In this document: positions 39,776 through 53,524 of the stretch, one piece after another
Numbering within the stretch: position 1 is the first letter of the stretch
How the letters are laid out: the number at the start of each line of letters is the position of its first letter
DNA from: Verrucomicrobiia bacterium
GTDB lineage: Bacteria; Verrucomicrobiota; Verrucomicrobiia; Limisphaerales; UBA1319
DNA: 64,000 bases
Direction: 5' to 3'
Assembly: GCA_963664225.1 (NCBI GenBank)
Contig: OY760937.1
Location: 128,001-192,000, forward strand
The notes under the pieces: generated by a model
Told to the model about the DNA's origin: nothing
Seen by the model: the letters and a program-made list of their open reading frames with translations, nothing else
Database searches by the model: none
Position numbers and translations under genes: made by a program

Positions 39776-40645
39776 TTATGCGGGGAATATCCCCCGCAAA
39801 TAGTTCAAGTCGGCGCGGTAATCTTCCACAATGGAATGGGGCGCGGCGGCCTCGATTTGTATCCAGCCCCGGTAGTCAATGTCGTCCATGGCCGCGCGAA
39901 CCTGTTTAAAATCGATGCGTCCCTTGCCGAGCATGTTGCCGGCGTCCTTGGCGTGGAATTCGCAGATGCGTTTGCCGAGGAGGCGGATTTCCTTGAGGAT
40001 ATCGTAGCCTTTGTCGGTGGAGTTGCCGACGTCATAATAGACCTGCACCGCGGGGGAACCGACGCGGTCCATGATGCCGATGTTGGCTTCCGCGCTCATA
40101 TAGTTTTCGAGCCCAAGCAGGACGCCGGCTTTTTCCGCCCGGGGCGCGATTTCCTTGAGCAAATCGACCACCCGGTCGATGGATGGCTTGTCGTCGGCGC
40201 GCAATTCGCCTTTGGCAAAGCACGCTATGAGAACTACTTTGACATTCAGGGCCTTGCAGACTTCGATACTATCCAGAAGCCAGATGGCGGCCCGGGGTTC
40301 GGAGAATAAAGGCACGTTGTTGGTCTCTGAAAGGGCCAGGGAAGCCACTTCCACTTTGTTCTCGCGGGCGGCCTTGAGATACTGTTGTTGAACTTCCCGT
40401 TGGCGCATTCTCATCCGATCGCCCACGGAGCCCATGGACACTTGCACGCCGTCCAGGCCGATTTCACGGGCGATTTGCATGCAGGACGGATCGTTGCGTC
40501 CGAGGGACCAATCGCACGCGCCGATTTTAAATCCGCGACTTCCCGGCGCCGCAAACAACGGGCCGAAGGATTGGGCGAGGGTGATGGCGGCGGCGGCCTG
40601 GGCCGTGCGCGAAACCATCTGGCGGCGGGTCAACACGTTATTCAT
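39776..40645 (-). CDS. Sugar phosphate isomerase/epimerase (AP_endonuc_2 TIM barrel), Tat signal
   Basis: TRRQMV signal; GVLLGLEN, YYDVGN, EFHAKD, GRIDF, WIQIE. Confidence 0.88.
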   Translation of the reverse strand: MNNVLTRRQMVSRTAQAAAAITLAQSFGPLFAAPGSRGFKIGACDWSLGRNDPSCMQIAREIGLDGVQVSMGSVGDRMRMRQREVQQQYLKAARENKVEVASLALSETNNVPLFSEPRAAIWLLDSIEVCKALNVKVVLIACFAKGELRADDKPSIDRVVDLLKEIAPRAEKAGVLLGLENYMSAEANIGIMDRVGSPAVQVYYDVGNSTDKGYDILKEIRLLGKRICEFHAKDAGNMLGKGRIDFKQVRAAMDDIDYRGWIQIEAAAPHSIVEDYRADLNYLRGIFPA

Positions 40646-40807
40646 GGGTAAAAATCTTCAACAATAATCCGGTTCGCATGCATTCGACATGGAATGCCAA
40701 TGCCATATGTCCCATCGGTGAGCTGCAAGCGTATCGGTTGATGGGAATATATTATAGGAATCCAATGGTTACGCAAGGTGAAATTGCGTCAGGCGATTGC
40801 GCATTGA

Positions 40808-44059
<3,252 letters not shown>

Positions 44060-44106
44060 AACGGACAAGGTTGAAGCCGGTATAGACAGGAGTTGGTCCC
44101 ATGCAA

Positions 44107-44188
44107 GGAGGGCGTGCAGTCCTCTGCGCGCCGCAGTTCCGCCAGCTCCTGTCTATTCGTTCGGCGTGCAGAGGACTGCCCGCCCTAC
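44107..44188. repeat. REP doublet (inverted pair) downstream of the RAYT
   Basis: GGAGGGCGTGCAGTCCTCTGCGCGCCG (44107-44133) and CGGCGTGCAGAGGACTGCCCGCCCTAC (44162-44188). Confidence 0.88.
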
Positions 44189-44225
44189 CATTGCGCGAGA
44201 GGGTCGAGGCGCTTGAAATGTTTTG

Positions 44226-44693
44226 TTAGCCTGGAAGCGGGAGCGGCCGGTCTTTGGGACGAAAAACCCAAACCCATTCTTCGGCGCGTTCGCATAAGCC
44301 GCTCCTCACAGGATTCATCAGAATGTAATTTGTCTTTTCTTGCATTTCCCAATGGTTCCGCAGCCGATGGTCGAAGAAGTCACGTTGCCATTTCACGCCG
44401 CATTTAAGAGCTGCGAACTTCTTCCAGTTCTTGAGAGCTGTTTCCATGCCTGGTTCCTGGGGAAACATCAGAATCGCATGCAAATGGTCGGGCATGAGCA
44501 GACAAAGGCGGCAGTGCCAGACGAATTGGTAGTGATTGTGCGTTATCGAGGCCAGGACGGTGTCACCGATACCAGCGCGGCAAAGTTGATTTTTCCCTGG
44601 CGGCGCACAGTTGATGGTGACGAAAAAGTGACTGCCTTCAGCGACCCATTGTGGGATCTTATGCGGAAGCCGTTTACGAACTGGCAGATCCAT
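44226..44693 (-). mobile_element. REP-associated tyrosine transposase (RAYT, Y1 HUH family)
   Basis: RKRLPH, FFVTINC, LMPDHLHAIL (HUH), WQRDFFDHRLR, YILMNPVRSGLC; flanked by GTAG-type REPs. Confidence 0.92.
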
Positions 44694-44773
44694 GGGGTGA
44701 TAATAAACAGACCGGTTTGTGAAGCAAGGTTTGCGTTGAAACCATAGCCGTCGGAACGAGACGAAATTCCAAG

Positions 44774-44944
44774 GTAGGGCGTGCAGTCCTCTGCGCGCCG
44801 CTGTTTCTGCAACACCTGTCTATTCGTTCGATTGCAGAAGACTGCGTCCGCTTGGTCGCACGTCACAGAGCAAAACAAAGTGGAAGCTGAAATCGAAAGG
44901 ACTTGGTCGAATCGAAGGTAGGGCGTGCAGTCCTCTGCGCGCCG
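44774..44944 (+). repeat. GTAG-type REP copies upstream of the RAYT
   Basis: GTAGGGCGTGCAGTCCTCTGCGCGCCG identical at 44774-44800 and 44918-44944; degenerate inverted partner near 44829-44851. Confidence 0.9.
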
Positions 44945-45106
44945 CTGGACAAGGCGAGAGGCCAGTCAAAGCAAGGCCCGCACCGGGCGACAAGCGAATC
45001 ATACTTTGCACATCCCTTTCATCGCAATGAAACGCCGCTCCGTTCCGTCAGCCGCAAAAATGTTGGTGAAGCGTCTTGAATTCGATTAATGTGATATAAA
45101 TCGATT

Positions 45107-45607
45107 ATGGGTCTTATCTGGAATCTGGCGTCGTTGGCAAAGAATGCGAAGCAGGCGGTTGGCTCTTTGGAACAGGTGAAAGGGCAAACCGCGCGATGCT
45201 ATGGCGCATTGAAACAAGTTCAGGATAACCTGATACAGAAGACTTACGACAAGGCGCAGGCTGGCAACAACGAGGCCCAGTTCGACATGGGGGAACGCTT
45301 TTTTCAGGGACTCGGCGTGCCCAAGGATTATGCGGAGTCTGCCGCATGGTTCCTGCGGGCGGCACGGCAGGGGCATGCCAGGGCTCAAAACTACCTGGCG
45401 ATGATGTGTTTCCTGGGGCGCGGAGTGAATGTCGATCCGGCCGAGGCTTACAAATGGAGCTGTCTGGCTGCGGCCAGCGGTGAGGAAGAAGTGTTGAACA
45501 CCAAACGGAAGATCGCCTCCAAAATATCCCCTGAAGCATTGGCCGAAGGAGAGAAGCGGGTGGCTGAGTTTAAAATCGTGATGGAGACACCTCCCCCGCA
45601 AGGTTGA
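45107..45607 (+). CDS. Sel1-repeat protein
   Basis: AQFDMG..G.GVPKDYAESAAWFLRAARQGHARAQNYLA..G.GV..D..EAYKW. Confidence 0.88.
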   Translation: MGLIWNLASLAKNAKQAVGSLEQVKGQTARCYGALKQVQDNLIQKTYDKAQAGNNEAQFDMGERFFQGLGVPKDYAESAAWFLRAARQGHARAQNYLAMMCFLGRGVNVDPAEAYKWSCLAAASGEEEVLNTKRKIASKISPEALAEGEKRVAEFKIVMETPPPQG

Positions 45608-45643
45608 ATCCGACCCAATTCTGCATGACCCAGGATTGCTTTT

Positions 45644-46168
45644 TCAGGGCACATCCTCCTGCCACGACCAGTAAAGGCCACGCAACACGGGATGAAATCC
45701 GTGCGTTTTCATTTCTTCATAGGCGGCAGTCTTCGACCAATGCTCGACCTTGACGCGGTATGCTCCGACGACGAGTCCTGTGCGGTCCTCGCCATGTTGG
45801 CAGTGGACAAAAGTGCCTTCGCGTTCGAGGGCGGATACCGCAGCATTGAGCGTTCTGACGCGTGGTTTTCCGATGGTTTGCCGTGCTTTCGTTATGGGGA
45901 GGTAGAGGACCTGCATGCCATTGGCCTTTGCCAAATCGTCCGATGCCTCATGTTTCGTGTTGAGCTTCACGACCCATTTTACGCCCAGAGATTTGAGATG
46001 CTTCCAACCGGCAGCCGTTGGCTGGCCGCCGCGCCAGACACCAGTTTTGACTTGAGAGAAGTTTGGAATGCCCTGCGGAGCAGCCATTGAAACGTTTCCG
46101 CAAAGGAACAACAATGCAGTGAGAACAACCGCAGCTAGCGCCGTATTTAACGGTCTGGTCTTTTGCAT
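45644..46168 (-). CDS. Secreted Cys-based (tyrosine/dual-specificity) phosphatase
   Basis: Signal peptide; VWRGGQP; P-loop FVHCQHGEDRTG. Confidence 0.9.
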   Translation of the reverse strand: MQKTRPLNTALAAVVLTALLFLCGNVSMAAPQGIPNFSQVKTGVWRGGQPTAAGWKHLKSLGVKWVVKLNTKHEASDDLAKANGMQVLYLPITKARQTIGKPRVRTLNAAVSALEREGTFVHCQHGEDRTGLVVGAYRVKVEHWSKTAAYEEMKTHGFHPVLRGLYWSWQEDVP

Positions 46169-46177
46169 GTGATTTAT

Positions 46178-46339
46178 CCCGAAATCCGAAATAGGAACGG
46201 CCCATCTGACGCAATCATTTGGCCATCCATGGTTTGAAACCGGCTGTGGAGTATTGATTTAATACACCCTCGCCGATTGCAAATCATGGCTGCCTCAAAG
46301 CATTGCATCATCTTGACCATTCGTATTTCGGATTTCGGG
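46178..46339. repeat. 162-bp imperfect palindrome
   Basis: Arms of ~79 nt, about 60/79 complementary by hand alignment; perfect 16-bp termini CCCGAAATCCGAAATA / TATTTCGGATTTCGGG. Confidence 0.85.
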
Positions 46340-46477
46340 TTTATTGGAGTAATACTCGTGCGCTAATCCAATCGACTACGCCCCATCTTCGTAATGTTTT
46401 TGGCCAGGAGCAAAAGCACAGCGCCCGCTCCTGGCGGCGGGCGCATCAACGACCTTTTGCTCGATGGGATTCAAAGT

Positions 46478-48274
46478 TTACCTTGGCTGCTGAAGGCGTG
46501 CGCGCACCAGTTCCGGCAGATACTTGACCGGCACCGGACCGGGAGCCAGGACGGCTTCGTGATAGCGGCCCAAATCGAAGTTCGCGCCCATCTCGCTTTG
46601 GATGGCCTGGTGCAGGCGGTAGTGTGCCATTCGCCCCACAAAATAAGTGGAAAGCTGGACGGAGCTTTGTTTGGCACGAATGATCTTAAGGCGCGCCTCG
46701 CCCTCGGATTGATAGGCCTGTTCGGTCAGGAATTTGAGGGCATCGTCATCGGTCAAGCCGCCACAGTGCATCTGGTGATCGAGAATGGCGTTCGCCACCG
46801 CGCGAAGGTAAAACTTCAACTGCGTTAATCTCAAGGGCAGATCGCCTTTTCCATATCCCTCATCGAGCATGGTTTGTTCGGTGTAAACGGCCCAGCCCTC
46901 GATATAGACACCCGATTGGAGCACGCGCCGAATGGTGGAGGGATTGCGGTTGGCGAATTCAAACTGAACATAGTGTCCCGGATAAGCCTCGTGGATGGTC
47001 AGAATCTGCAGCATGTAGCTATTGTACTCCGCGAGGTAGCTCTCCACCCGTTTGGCGTCCCAATCTTTGGGCGGAGGGCTCACGGCAAAAAAGCCCAGGG
47101 CCTTCGGATCGAGCGGCGGCGCTGAATTCATGTAGGCGGTGGAATTGCCGCGCTGGAACTCCGGCATCTCCACGATCCGGCATGTATCTGGAACGGGCAG
47201 GCGCAGGAAATCGCGTTTGGTAATGAAACTTTTGACTGCAGCCACGTCCTTGCGGACATCGCGTGTCAGGTTTTCAGGTTTGCCGTGCTCTCTGCCGATG
47301 CGGTCGAGCACCTTCTGAATGGTCTCGCGTCTTCCATTGGCATCGTCTGTCGGAAGCACCTTCCCCGGATAAAAGCCGCTCCAGAGCTGGCGTGCGATGA
47401 CATACATGTCCCGTTGAACCCGCTCGAATTCGGCGTGCGCATCCGCCAGCACCTGGTCGGCGGTGAGGCTGGCGTTGAGTTCCAGTTCGAGCTTCCGATA
47501 AAACTTCTCGCGTCCCAGCCGCCATTCGCCCGAGGCGCGCGGGAGCAGATCTTTTTCCAGAAAGGTCTGGTAGTCCTTCAGGCAGGCCACGACTCGCTGT
47601 GCCGATGCCTTGAGCGCCGGGAGTTGGGGCGTTTTACCCGCGAACTCGAAGAGGTCCTTTTCATAGAAACCGATGGAGCCCTGATTCTGGCGAATCGCTG
47701 TTTCGAGCAGCGGACGGGCAGGGTGCTGGAGATTCTCCTTGGCGGCGGCGATCACCCGGGGAATTTGATCCATCCGCGACCGGCAATTGGCGATGTTGGT
47801 TTCCTTGGGCAATGTCGATTGGGCGAGCAACAGATAGACGCTGTCGCTGATGTAAGCGTTATAGACGCGGGGATCCTCCTCGAAAGGATGCAGATTTTCA
47901 GACATCCAAATCGAGCTGAACAGATCCTGGCGAAGGATTTCGTAATCGATCTGGCGGTCGCGCGAAAGCTGCGCGTAATCGATTTTTTTGGGCAGGGCCT
48001 CCAGGGCGGCCTGGGCCCGCGCCCGCCCGGCCTCGATGGCCGGGCGCGAGAGATCATCCATCCGGGAGTCGAACCGGTGATCGCCCAGTTGGGTGGCGTC
48101 CAGTGGATGGTGGCGGAAGTGGGTTTCGAGGTATTCCTGATAAAAGGCGTCGAGCTTCTTATCCATCTCCTGCCCGAAGGCGGAAATGGCGCCCGCGCCA
48201 AATGCACCAATGGCTAGGACGGCTGTTAACAGGAACACCGGACGGAAAGTTCTCAAGCATGGGGCACGCAACAT
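46478..48274 (-). CDS. DUF885 family protein
   Basis: P..AT.LGDH.FD, LTIHEAYPGHYVQ, EGWAVYTE, YFVG, HEAVLAPG. Confidence 0.88.
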   Translation of the reverse strand: MLRAPCLRTFRPVFLLTAVLAIGAFGAGAISAFGQEMDKKLDAFYQEYLETHFRHHPLDATQLGDHRFDSRMDDLSRPAIEAGRARAQAALEALPKKIDYAQLSRDRQIDYEILRQDLFSSIWMSENLHPFEEDPRVYNAYISDSVYLLLAQSTLPKETNIANCRSRMDQIPRVIAAAKENLQHPARPLLETAIRQNQGSIGFYEKDLFEFAGKTPQLPALKASAQRVVACLKDYQTFLEKDLLPRASGEWRLGREKFYRKLELELNASLTADQVLADAHAEFERVQRDMYVIARQLWSGFYPGKVLPTDDANGRRETIQKVLDRIGREHGKPENLTRDVRKDVAAVKSFITKRDFLRLPVPDTCRIVEMPEFQRGNSTAYMNSAPPLDPKALGFFAVSPPPKDWDAKRVESYLAEYNSYMLQILTIHEAYPGHYVQFEFANRNPSTIRRVLQSGVYIEGWAVYTEQTMLDEGYGKGDLPLRLTQLKFYLRAVANAILDHQMHCGGLTDDDALKFLTEQAYQSEGEARLKIIRAKQSSVQLSTYFVGRMAHYRLHQAIQSEMGANFDLGRYHEAVLAPGPVPVKYLPELVRARLQQPR

Positions 48275-48421
48275 GTGCGCAGTGTGCCCTATTCGGCGAC
48301 GGAATCAATCTTCAAACCGTCCCAACCACAGGCACAGAGACAAGGGAACAAGTGGAAATACGACTTTAAGTTTGATTTCCTGCCCTGTGCCTGCGGGCTG
48401 TTTCCGGTGGTTGAAACAATC

Positions 48422-50680
48422 TCAAATGTGCGTGGCGATGTTACCCTGCAGGCAATCTTTGACGGCTTGGGCAAGCGCGGCCGGCTGGAACGGCTTCTGG
48501 ATAAAGGCGACCCCGTTGCGCTCGGGAATTTCCTTTATTTGACCTGGGAATATATAACCGGTGGCGAAAAGGACTTTGAGGTTCGGCTGTTTTTTCCAGA
48601 GGCGGTCGGCCAGTTGACGGCCGGAAATGCCCTCTGGCATCACCATGTCCGTCAGTAGCATCTCGATATGATCCGAATGGGTATTCCACAATTCCAACGC
48701 GGCGTGGCCATTCTTTGCCGCAAGCACCTTGTAGCCCTGGCGGGTGAGAATTTCCAGCTCCAGGTCGCGCAGCGCGTCGTCATCCTCGACGATGAGGAGG
48801 GTTTCATTGCCGCGCAGTGCGGTGATGGTGGAGGATGGGGCTGGCTGGCTGGCTGGGCTTTCCACATTTTCCGGCCAATAAACCCGGAACGTGGTGCCGA
48901 CGCCAAGGCGGCTTTCCACCTCGATCCAGCCGCCGTGCTGTTTGACAATGCCATAGACTGTGGCCAGTCCCAGACCAGTGCCTTTGCCAACATCCTTCGT
49001 GGTGAAAAACGGATCGAAAATGCGGTTAACGATTGAGGGGGCAATGCCGCAACCCGTGTCGGAAATGGTCAGGCAGACGTGGCGCCCCAGGCGCGCCTCG
49101 GGTTGCTGGCGCACAAAGGCCTCGTCCGCGATGAACAGCGACGTGACCAGGCGTAACACTCCTCCCTCCGGCATGGCGTCCCGTGCGTTGACCGCCAGGT
49201 TGATGACGACTTGTTCCACCATCCCAGCGTCCGCGCGAATCCCAGGCAGCGAGGGGCTGCAGGACACTTGCAGCGAAATGTGCTCGCCAATAACCCGCCG
49301 GAGCATATCCAGGATTTGATCGAGGACCTCGTTGACGGCGATGACGCGCAATTGCATGAGCTGCTTGCGGCTGAAGGCCAGGAGCTGATGGGTCAGATTG
49401 GCGGCCCGTTGAGCGGCGCCTGTGATGTGGTTGACGGAGTCGAGCGATTCGGCGCTCAGCTCAGGGTCGCTGCTCAGCAGGTCGGCGTGGCCCTGGATGA
49501 CGGTGAGCAGATTGTTAAAATCGTGGGCCACACCGGCCGCGAGCTGGCCGATGGACTCCATTTTTTGCGACTGGCGCAACTGTTCCTCGAGATTGAGTTT
49601 TTCAGTAATCTCGCCGGCGTAGCAATGGGCCACATGAATTTGCGGAATCGGAAAAAACGACCAGGATATCGTGCGGTCATTGCGCTGGGTTTCCAGACGC
49701 AGCTTGTTCGTGCCGGTGCGCAGGCATTCAGTCACGATCCTGGACGAATCAGGCGGGAGCATTTCCTCCGGCGAGGCGTAACCCAGCGAACGGGCCAATT
49801 CGTGGGTGGCCTCGTTGCAATAGACCATCCGGCCGTCCTCGGCGAATTCGAGCACCGGGTTGGGATTCCACCGGGGGAAAGCTGCCAGCTTGCGCACCTC
49901 CTCCTCCGTCCGCTTGCGCTGTGTGATGTCCCGGATTGCGGCGATGCGTCCCGTGCGCCCGTGGTAACGCGTTTCCCGACCGCGAATCTCCATGACAAAG
50001 CGCGAACCGTCCTTGCGCAAGCCGATCGATTCGAAAGGGGTGTCCCGACCGTCCTTGATATGCTGGAGGGATATTTCATGGGTTTCCGGTGCGGTCCAAT
50101 CCAGCACCGGGCGCCCGATCATTTCCTCCAATTCGTAACCGAACATCCGCGCGTAATTCGGGCTGGCATCCAGCAAAATGCCGTCGGCATGAATGCAGAC
50201 TCCCTCGAAGGAGGCCTCCGTGAATCGCCGGAAACGCTCCTCGCTTTCCCGCAAGGCCTCCAGCGCCTGTGCCTTGTCCAACCGATCCTTCCATTTCACA
50301 CGGGCCGACAGAATGGCGGGCGCCAGCCGGGTCAGATGCTCCTTGATGACATAGTCCCAGGCTCCAGCCTTGATGCAATCCACCGCTGTGGACTCATTAA
50401 TCGAACTGGTCACCATGATGAACGGGGTCAAAGGCGCCACTTCCAGGGCGATGGCCAGCGCATCGGCTCCCGTAAAATGCGGCAGGGCGTAATCGGAAAG
50501 AATGATATCCGGCTTGAATTCCGCCAGCCCCTTGCGAAAACCGGCCTGATCGTCCACATGCAACAGCTCGAACTGCAATCCGGCATGCTTCAGCTCCCGG
50601 TGCGTTAACTCGGCATCGGCGGGCACATCCTCCAAATGGAGAATGCGCAATCGTGAATCGGCTATGTAATCTTGCTGCAT
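48422..50680 (-). CDS. Cytoplasmic hybrid histidine kinase (REC-PAS-PAS-HisKA-HATPase-REC)
   Basis: [41 protein letters not shown]-terminal receiver. Confidence 0.93.
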   Translation of the reverse strand: MQQDYIADSRLRILHLEDVPADAELTHRELKHAGLQFELLHVDDQAGFRKGLAEFKPDIILSDYALPHFTGADALAIALEVAPLTPFIMVTSSINESTAVDCIKAGAWDYVIKEHLTRLAPAILSARVKWKDRLDKAQALEALRESEERFRRFTEASFEGVCIHADGILLDASPNYARMFGYELEEMIGRPVLDWTAPETHEISLQHIKDGRDTPFESIGLRKDGSRFVMEIRGRETRYHGRTGRIAAIRDITQRKRTEEEVRKLAAFPRWNPNPVLEFAEDGRMVYCNEATHELARSLGYASPEEMLPPDSSRIVTECLRTGTNKLRLETQRNDRTISWSFFPIPQIHVAHCYAGEITEKLNLEEQLRQSQKMESIGQLAAGVAHDFNNLLTVIQGHADLLSSDPELSAESLDSVNHITGAAQRAANLTHQLLAFSRKQLMQLRVIAVNEVLDQILDMLRRVIGEHISLQVSCSPSLPGIRADAGMVEQVVINLAVNARDAMPEGGVLRLVTSLFIADEAFVRQQPEARLGRHVCLTISDTGCGIAPSIVNRIFDPFFTTKDVGKGTGLGLATVYGIVKQHGGWIEVESRLGVGTTFRVYWPENVESPASQPAPSSTITALRGNETLLIVEDDDALRDLELEILTRQGYKVLAAKNGHAALELWNTHSDHIEMLLTDMVMPEGISGRQLADRLWKKQPNLKVLFATGYIFPGQIKEIPERNGVAFIQKPFQPAALAQAVKDCLQGNIATHI

Positions 50681-50873
50681 GTCTTACCGTCATTATGATC
50701 ATGCCCCTTGAGAATGGGCAAGTCGCAATGTGCTCCAAAATGATACACTTAAGAGTGTTTCTTGGACTCTTGGCCCCGCAAAAGCCGATTTTACTTTCGA
50801 CCATTGCCTGCAAAGGTTCCTTGAACTGAATGATTTGTGCGGTCAAAGGCGGATGGGGGAATGTGAAAAAAAA

Positions 50874-50947
50874 TGGCTGTCCGACCTGGATTCGAACCAG
50901 GACAATAGCCTCCAAAGGGCTGTGTGCTACCGTTACACCATCGGACA
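50874..50947 (-). tRNA. tRNA-Gln (TTG)
   Basis: Reverse complement TGTCCGATGGTGTAACGGTAGCACACAGCCCTTTGGAGGCTATTGTCCTGGTTCGAATCCAGGTCGGACAGCCA. Confidence 0.96.
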
Positions 50948-51052
50948 GTCCGATGAGAAGACTAGACCAAAAGAGCCTCCCATTGCCAAGAGAAAACGCC
51001 GACGATGGCTATTTTGTTGTCATGCAATGCGCCCGGCATTAGATTTTACCCC

Positions 51053-51625
51053 ATGATAAGGGTTTTCCAGCTTTTCTTTTTGCCAGGCACCGCATGGGAA
51101 AAAATCGCGCTCGGTCGGCAGAAAATGCTGATGACGGCATTGTTGTATTTTGTGCCCTTGTTGGTCTTGGCCGTTTTGATCGATGGTTATGCGCTGCAGC
51201 TTTGGGGAATGCGTGGGATGTCCGGCGGAGCGGCCACACACTATGATCCGGCCACAATCATGCGATTCGAGGCAATCCACGCGGGCCTCCTCGCCGGAAT
51301 GGTCCTGGCCGGGACCCTGGTTGTCCAATGGCTTGCGGACGGCTTCCAGGTGCGAACCGATTTTGCCACCTGTTTCAATCTGGCCGTCTTCGGTTTCACC
51401 CCGGTGTTCATCGCTCACATGCTGGGTATCATTCCGTTCTTGAATGCCTGGATTACCGCAGGCCTGGGCATGATCGGTTGCGCCTATGTCCTCTACCAGG
51501 GAGTGGGAGCCGTGCTGCAACCCGATCAAACCAAGGGTTTTGGCATCTATATTCTATGCGTGGTCACTTTTTCCCTCCTGATCGCCATGGAACTGATGCT
51601 CGGATTGATGGCGTTGCGCGCATAA
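51053..51625 (+). CDS. Yip1-family membrane protein
   Basis: LFFLPGTAWEKI start, about five TM segments, YVLYQG. Confidence 0.7.
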   Translation: MIRVFQLFFLPGTAWEKIALGRQKMLMTALLYFVPLLVLAVLIDGYALQLWGMRGMSGGAATHYDPATIMRFEAIHAGLLAGMVLAGTLVVQWLADGFQVRTDFATCFNLAVFGFTPVFIAHMLGIIPFLNAWITAGLGMIGCAYVLYQGVGAVLQPDQTKGFGIYILCVVTFSLLIAMELMLGLMALRA

Positions 51626-51631
51626 TTGGGC

Positions 51632-52516
51632 GTGACCATACTCGAGACCATTCAGCGCGGCGCGCAATTCCTTCAAAATAAAGGAATTGATTCCCCCCGC
51701 CTGCAGGCCGAATTGCTCATGGCCCATGCCTTGGGCCTGCCCCGGCTCCGCCTGTATCTCGATTTTGAACGCCAACTCACCGGGGAGGAACTCGGCCGGG
51801 TGCGCGACCTGGTCACCCGCCGGGCCCGCCGCGAACCGCTCCAACACATCGTGGGCACGGTTTCCTTCTGCGGTCTGGAACTGGCCGTCTCCCCGGCCGT
51901 TCTTATCCCCAGACCCGAGACCGAGCTTCTCGCCGAGCATGCCTGGCAATACCTCAATCAGCGTTCCAGGGAAGGCACAGCGCCACTGACCGCCCTCGAT
52001 TTTGGAACCGGCAGCGGTTGTCTGGCCATAGCCATCGCGTCACATTGTCCCACAGTGGAAGTTCTTGCACTGGACCTGTCGGCGCCCGCTCTCGAGGTGG
52101 CGCGAGCCAATGCCGCCCGGCACGGAAAGCACGCCGTTCGTTTTATTCTGGGGAATGGCTTTGCAGCCCTGCCAAGGTCGGATCCGGCGGGAGTCGAGGA
52201 AAGCCGGTTCGACCTCATTGTCTCCAATCCCCCCTATATTCCAGCGGCGGAAATCGAGCGCCTGGAACCCGAGGTGCGGGACTTCGATCCCCGTGGCGCT
52301 CTGGATGGCGGCGTGGATGGTCTGGATTTCATGCGGCGGCTGGCCGGTGAAGCCGGGACGCACCTGAGAAATCCGGGGCGCTTGATGGTCGAATTCGGGG
52401 ACGGCCAGGAAACGGCCGTGCGCGGGATATTTGAGCAATCAGGCTGGCGAATCGAAGCCGTGGTCAAAGACCTGAACGGCACCCCCCGGTTCGTGGTCTG
52501 TGACCGCGCAAAGTAA
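51632..52516 (+). CDS. prmC: Release factor glutamine methyltransferase
   Basis: RR..REPLQHI, VLIPRPETE, DFGTGSGC, VSNPPYI, ALDGG.DGL. Confidence 0.95.
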   Translation: MTILETIQRGAQFLQNKGIDSPRLQAELLMAHALGLPRLRLYLDFERQLTGEELGRVRDLVTRRARREPLQHIVGTVSFCGLELAVSPAVLIPRPETELLAEHAWQYLNQRSREGTAPLTALDFGTGSGCLAIAIASHCPTVEVLALDLSAPALEVARANAARHGKHAVRFILGNGFAALPRSDPAGVEESRFDLIVSNPPYIPAAEIERLEPEVRDFDPRGALDGGVDGLDFMRRLAGEAGTHLRNPGRLMVEFGDGQETAVRGIFEQSGWRIEAVVKDLNGTPRFVVCDRAK

Positions 52517-52544
52517 GCCGACGCATCCCTTTGCCCTTTGCCCT

Positions 52545-52731
52545 CATTGTCCATTTTCCATTGTCAATTAACCATTACCTTTTCCCCTCCGTGTCATCCG
52601 TCATATCCGTGGTTAAAAATCCTGTCCATCCTGACTATCCATGTTAATTCTTTCCCCCTTCCCATCCCTGTCTTTTCCGCCGCCCTCCCGCCCTCTGCTC
52701 TCGGCTCTCGGCTCTCGGCTCTCGGCTCTCC
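52545..52731 (-). repeat. Reverse copy of the modular repeat plus (GCTCTCG)x4 heptamer tract
   Basis: CATTGTCCATTTTCCATTGTCAATT, TCCGTGTCATCCGTCATATCCGTGGTTAAAAATCCTG; heptamers at 52697-52731. Confidence 0.8.
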
Positions 52732-52779
52732 GCCCTTTTACAGGTTGCATTACACGCCCAAACCGGCCTATTTTCCCGC

Positions 52780-53190
52780 ATGCGACAAATGCGCCAATTC
52801 CTTGGCATTGTCTTGATTTGCATCGCGTTCCTCGCCGGTCGCGCCTGTTACCGGCATTTCACGCATTTCATGGGCGAACAGCTTCCGCCCGCTCAAAGCC
52901 AGACGACCAACAACGCCACGCCCAATCTGCCAGGCATGCCTGAGTCCCTGGAGTCCTCCCTGGCGGCCGCGCAAGCCCGGGGACCCAAAACATTCCGGCG
53001 CTGGATCGATTATTACGGCCCGAACATCGCCGATCCCCGTCTGGCCTCCATCGAACTCGATTACGTGGTCATGGTCAGCCGCGAGGACATGGCCGAGGCG
53101 CGCCGCGTCTTTGCCGCCGTCAAAGCCAGAACCCCCGCCAATTCCCCCGTCCATCCCCGGATCGCACGCCTTCAGGAGGCGTATGAATAG
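52780..53190 (+). CDS. Hypothetical protein with N-terminal membrane anchor
   Basis: Hydrophobic N-terminus; genome-like codon usage. Confidence 0.65.
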   Translation: MRQMRQFLGIVLICIAFLAGRACYRHFTHFMGEQLPPAQSQTTNNATPNLPGMPESLESSLAAAQARGPKTFRRWIDYYGPNIADPRLASIELDYVVMVSREDMAEARRVFAAVKARTPANSPVHPRIARLQEAYE

Positions 53191-53392
53191 CAATTCCCTG
53201 ATCCTGTTCATCCTATCTATCCATGTTAAGAATCCCATTGCCGCATCCTGTTGGAATAACCGTGTCTTCCGGCTCTTCCGCGTGTCCTAATACGAGACAT
53301 TCAAACCGCGCTTCATGACATTCCCTTTACAGAAAGGCCTGAATACGCGGTATTTTCATCGTGATTATGGGGAGTTTACTGGGAGTTGACAT

Positions 53393-53407
53393 TGGCACGG
53401 GGCTTGC
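53393..53407 (+). promoter_or_regulatory. Sigma54 (-24/-12) promoter of pilin copy 1
   Basis: TGGCAC-GGGGC-TTGC, consensus spacing. Confidence 0.85.
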
Positions 53408-53421
53408 TAACGTTACCCCAA

Positions 53422-53493
53422 GCGGTTGGTATGAGGCGATCTGTGGACCGAACATGTTATCATATAAAATACCTCATACCGGGTTCACGCCGC
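53422..53493 (+). ncRNA. Candidate structured 5' leader RNA, copy 1
   Basis: GGTATGAGG/CCTCATACC stem; GTGGACC/GGTTCAC crossing pairing; GCGG/CCGC; conserved in copy 2. Confidence 0.55.
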
Positions 53494-53524
53494 GTTAAGT
53501 AAAACAACAAAAAAAGTAAAACGT

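Noticed and set aside
46178..46339. Integron attC site
   Set aside because: It lacks RYYYAAC/GTTRRRY ends and there is no integron integrase.
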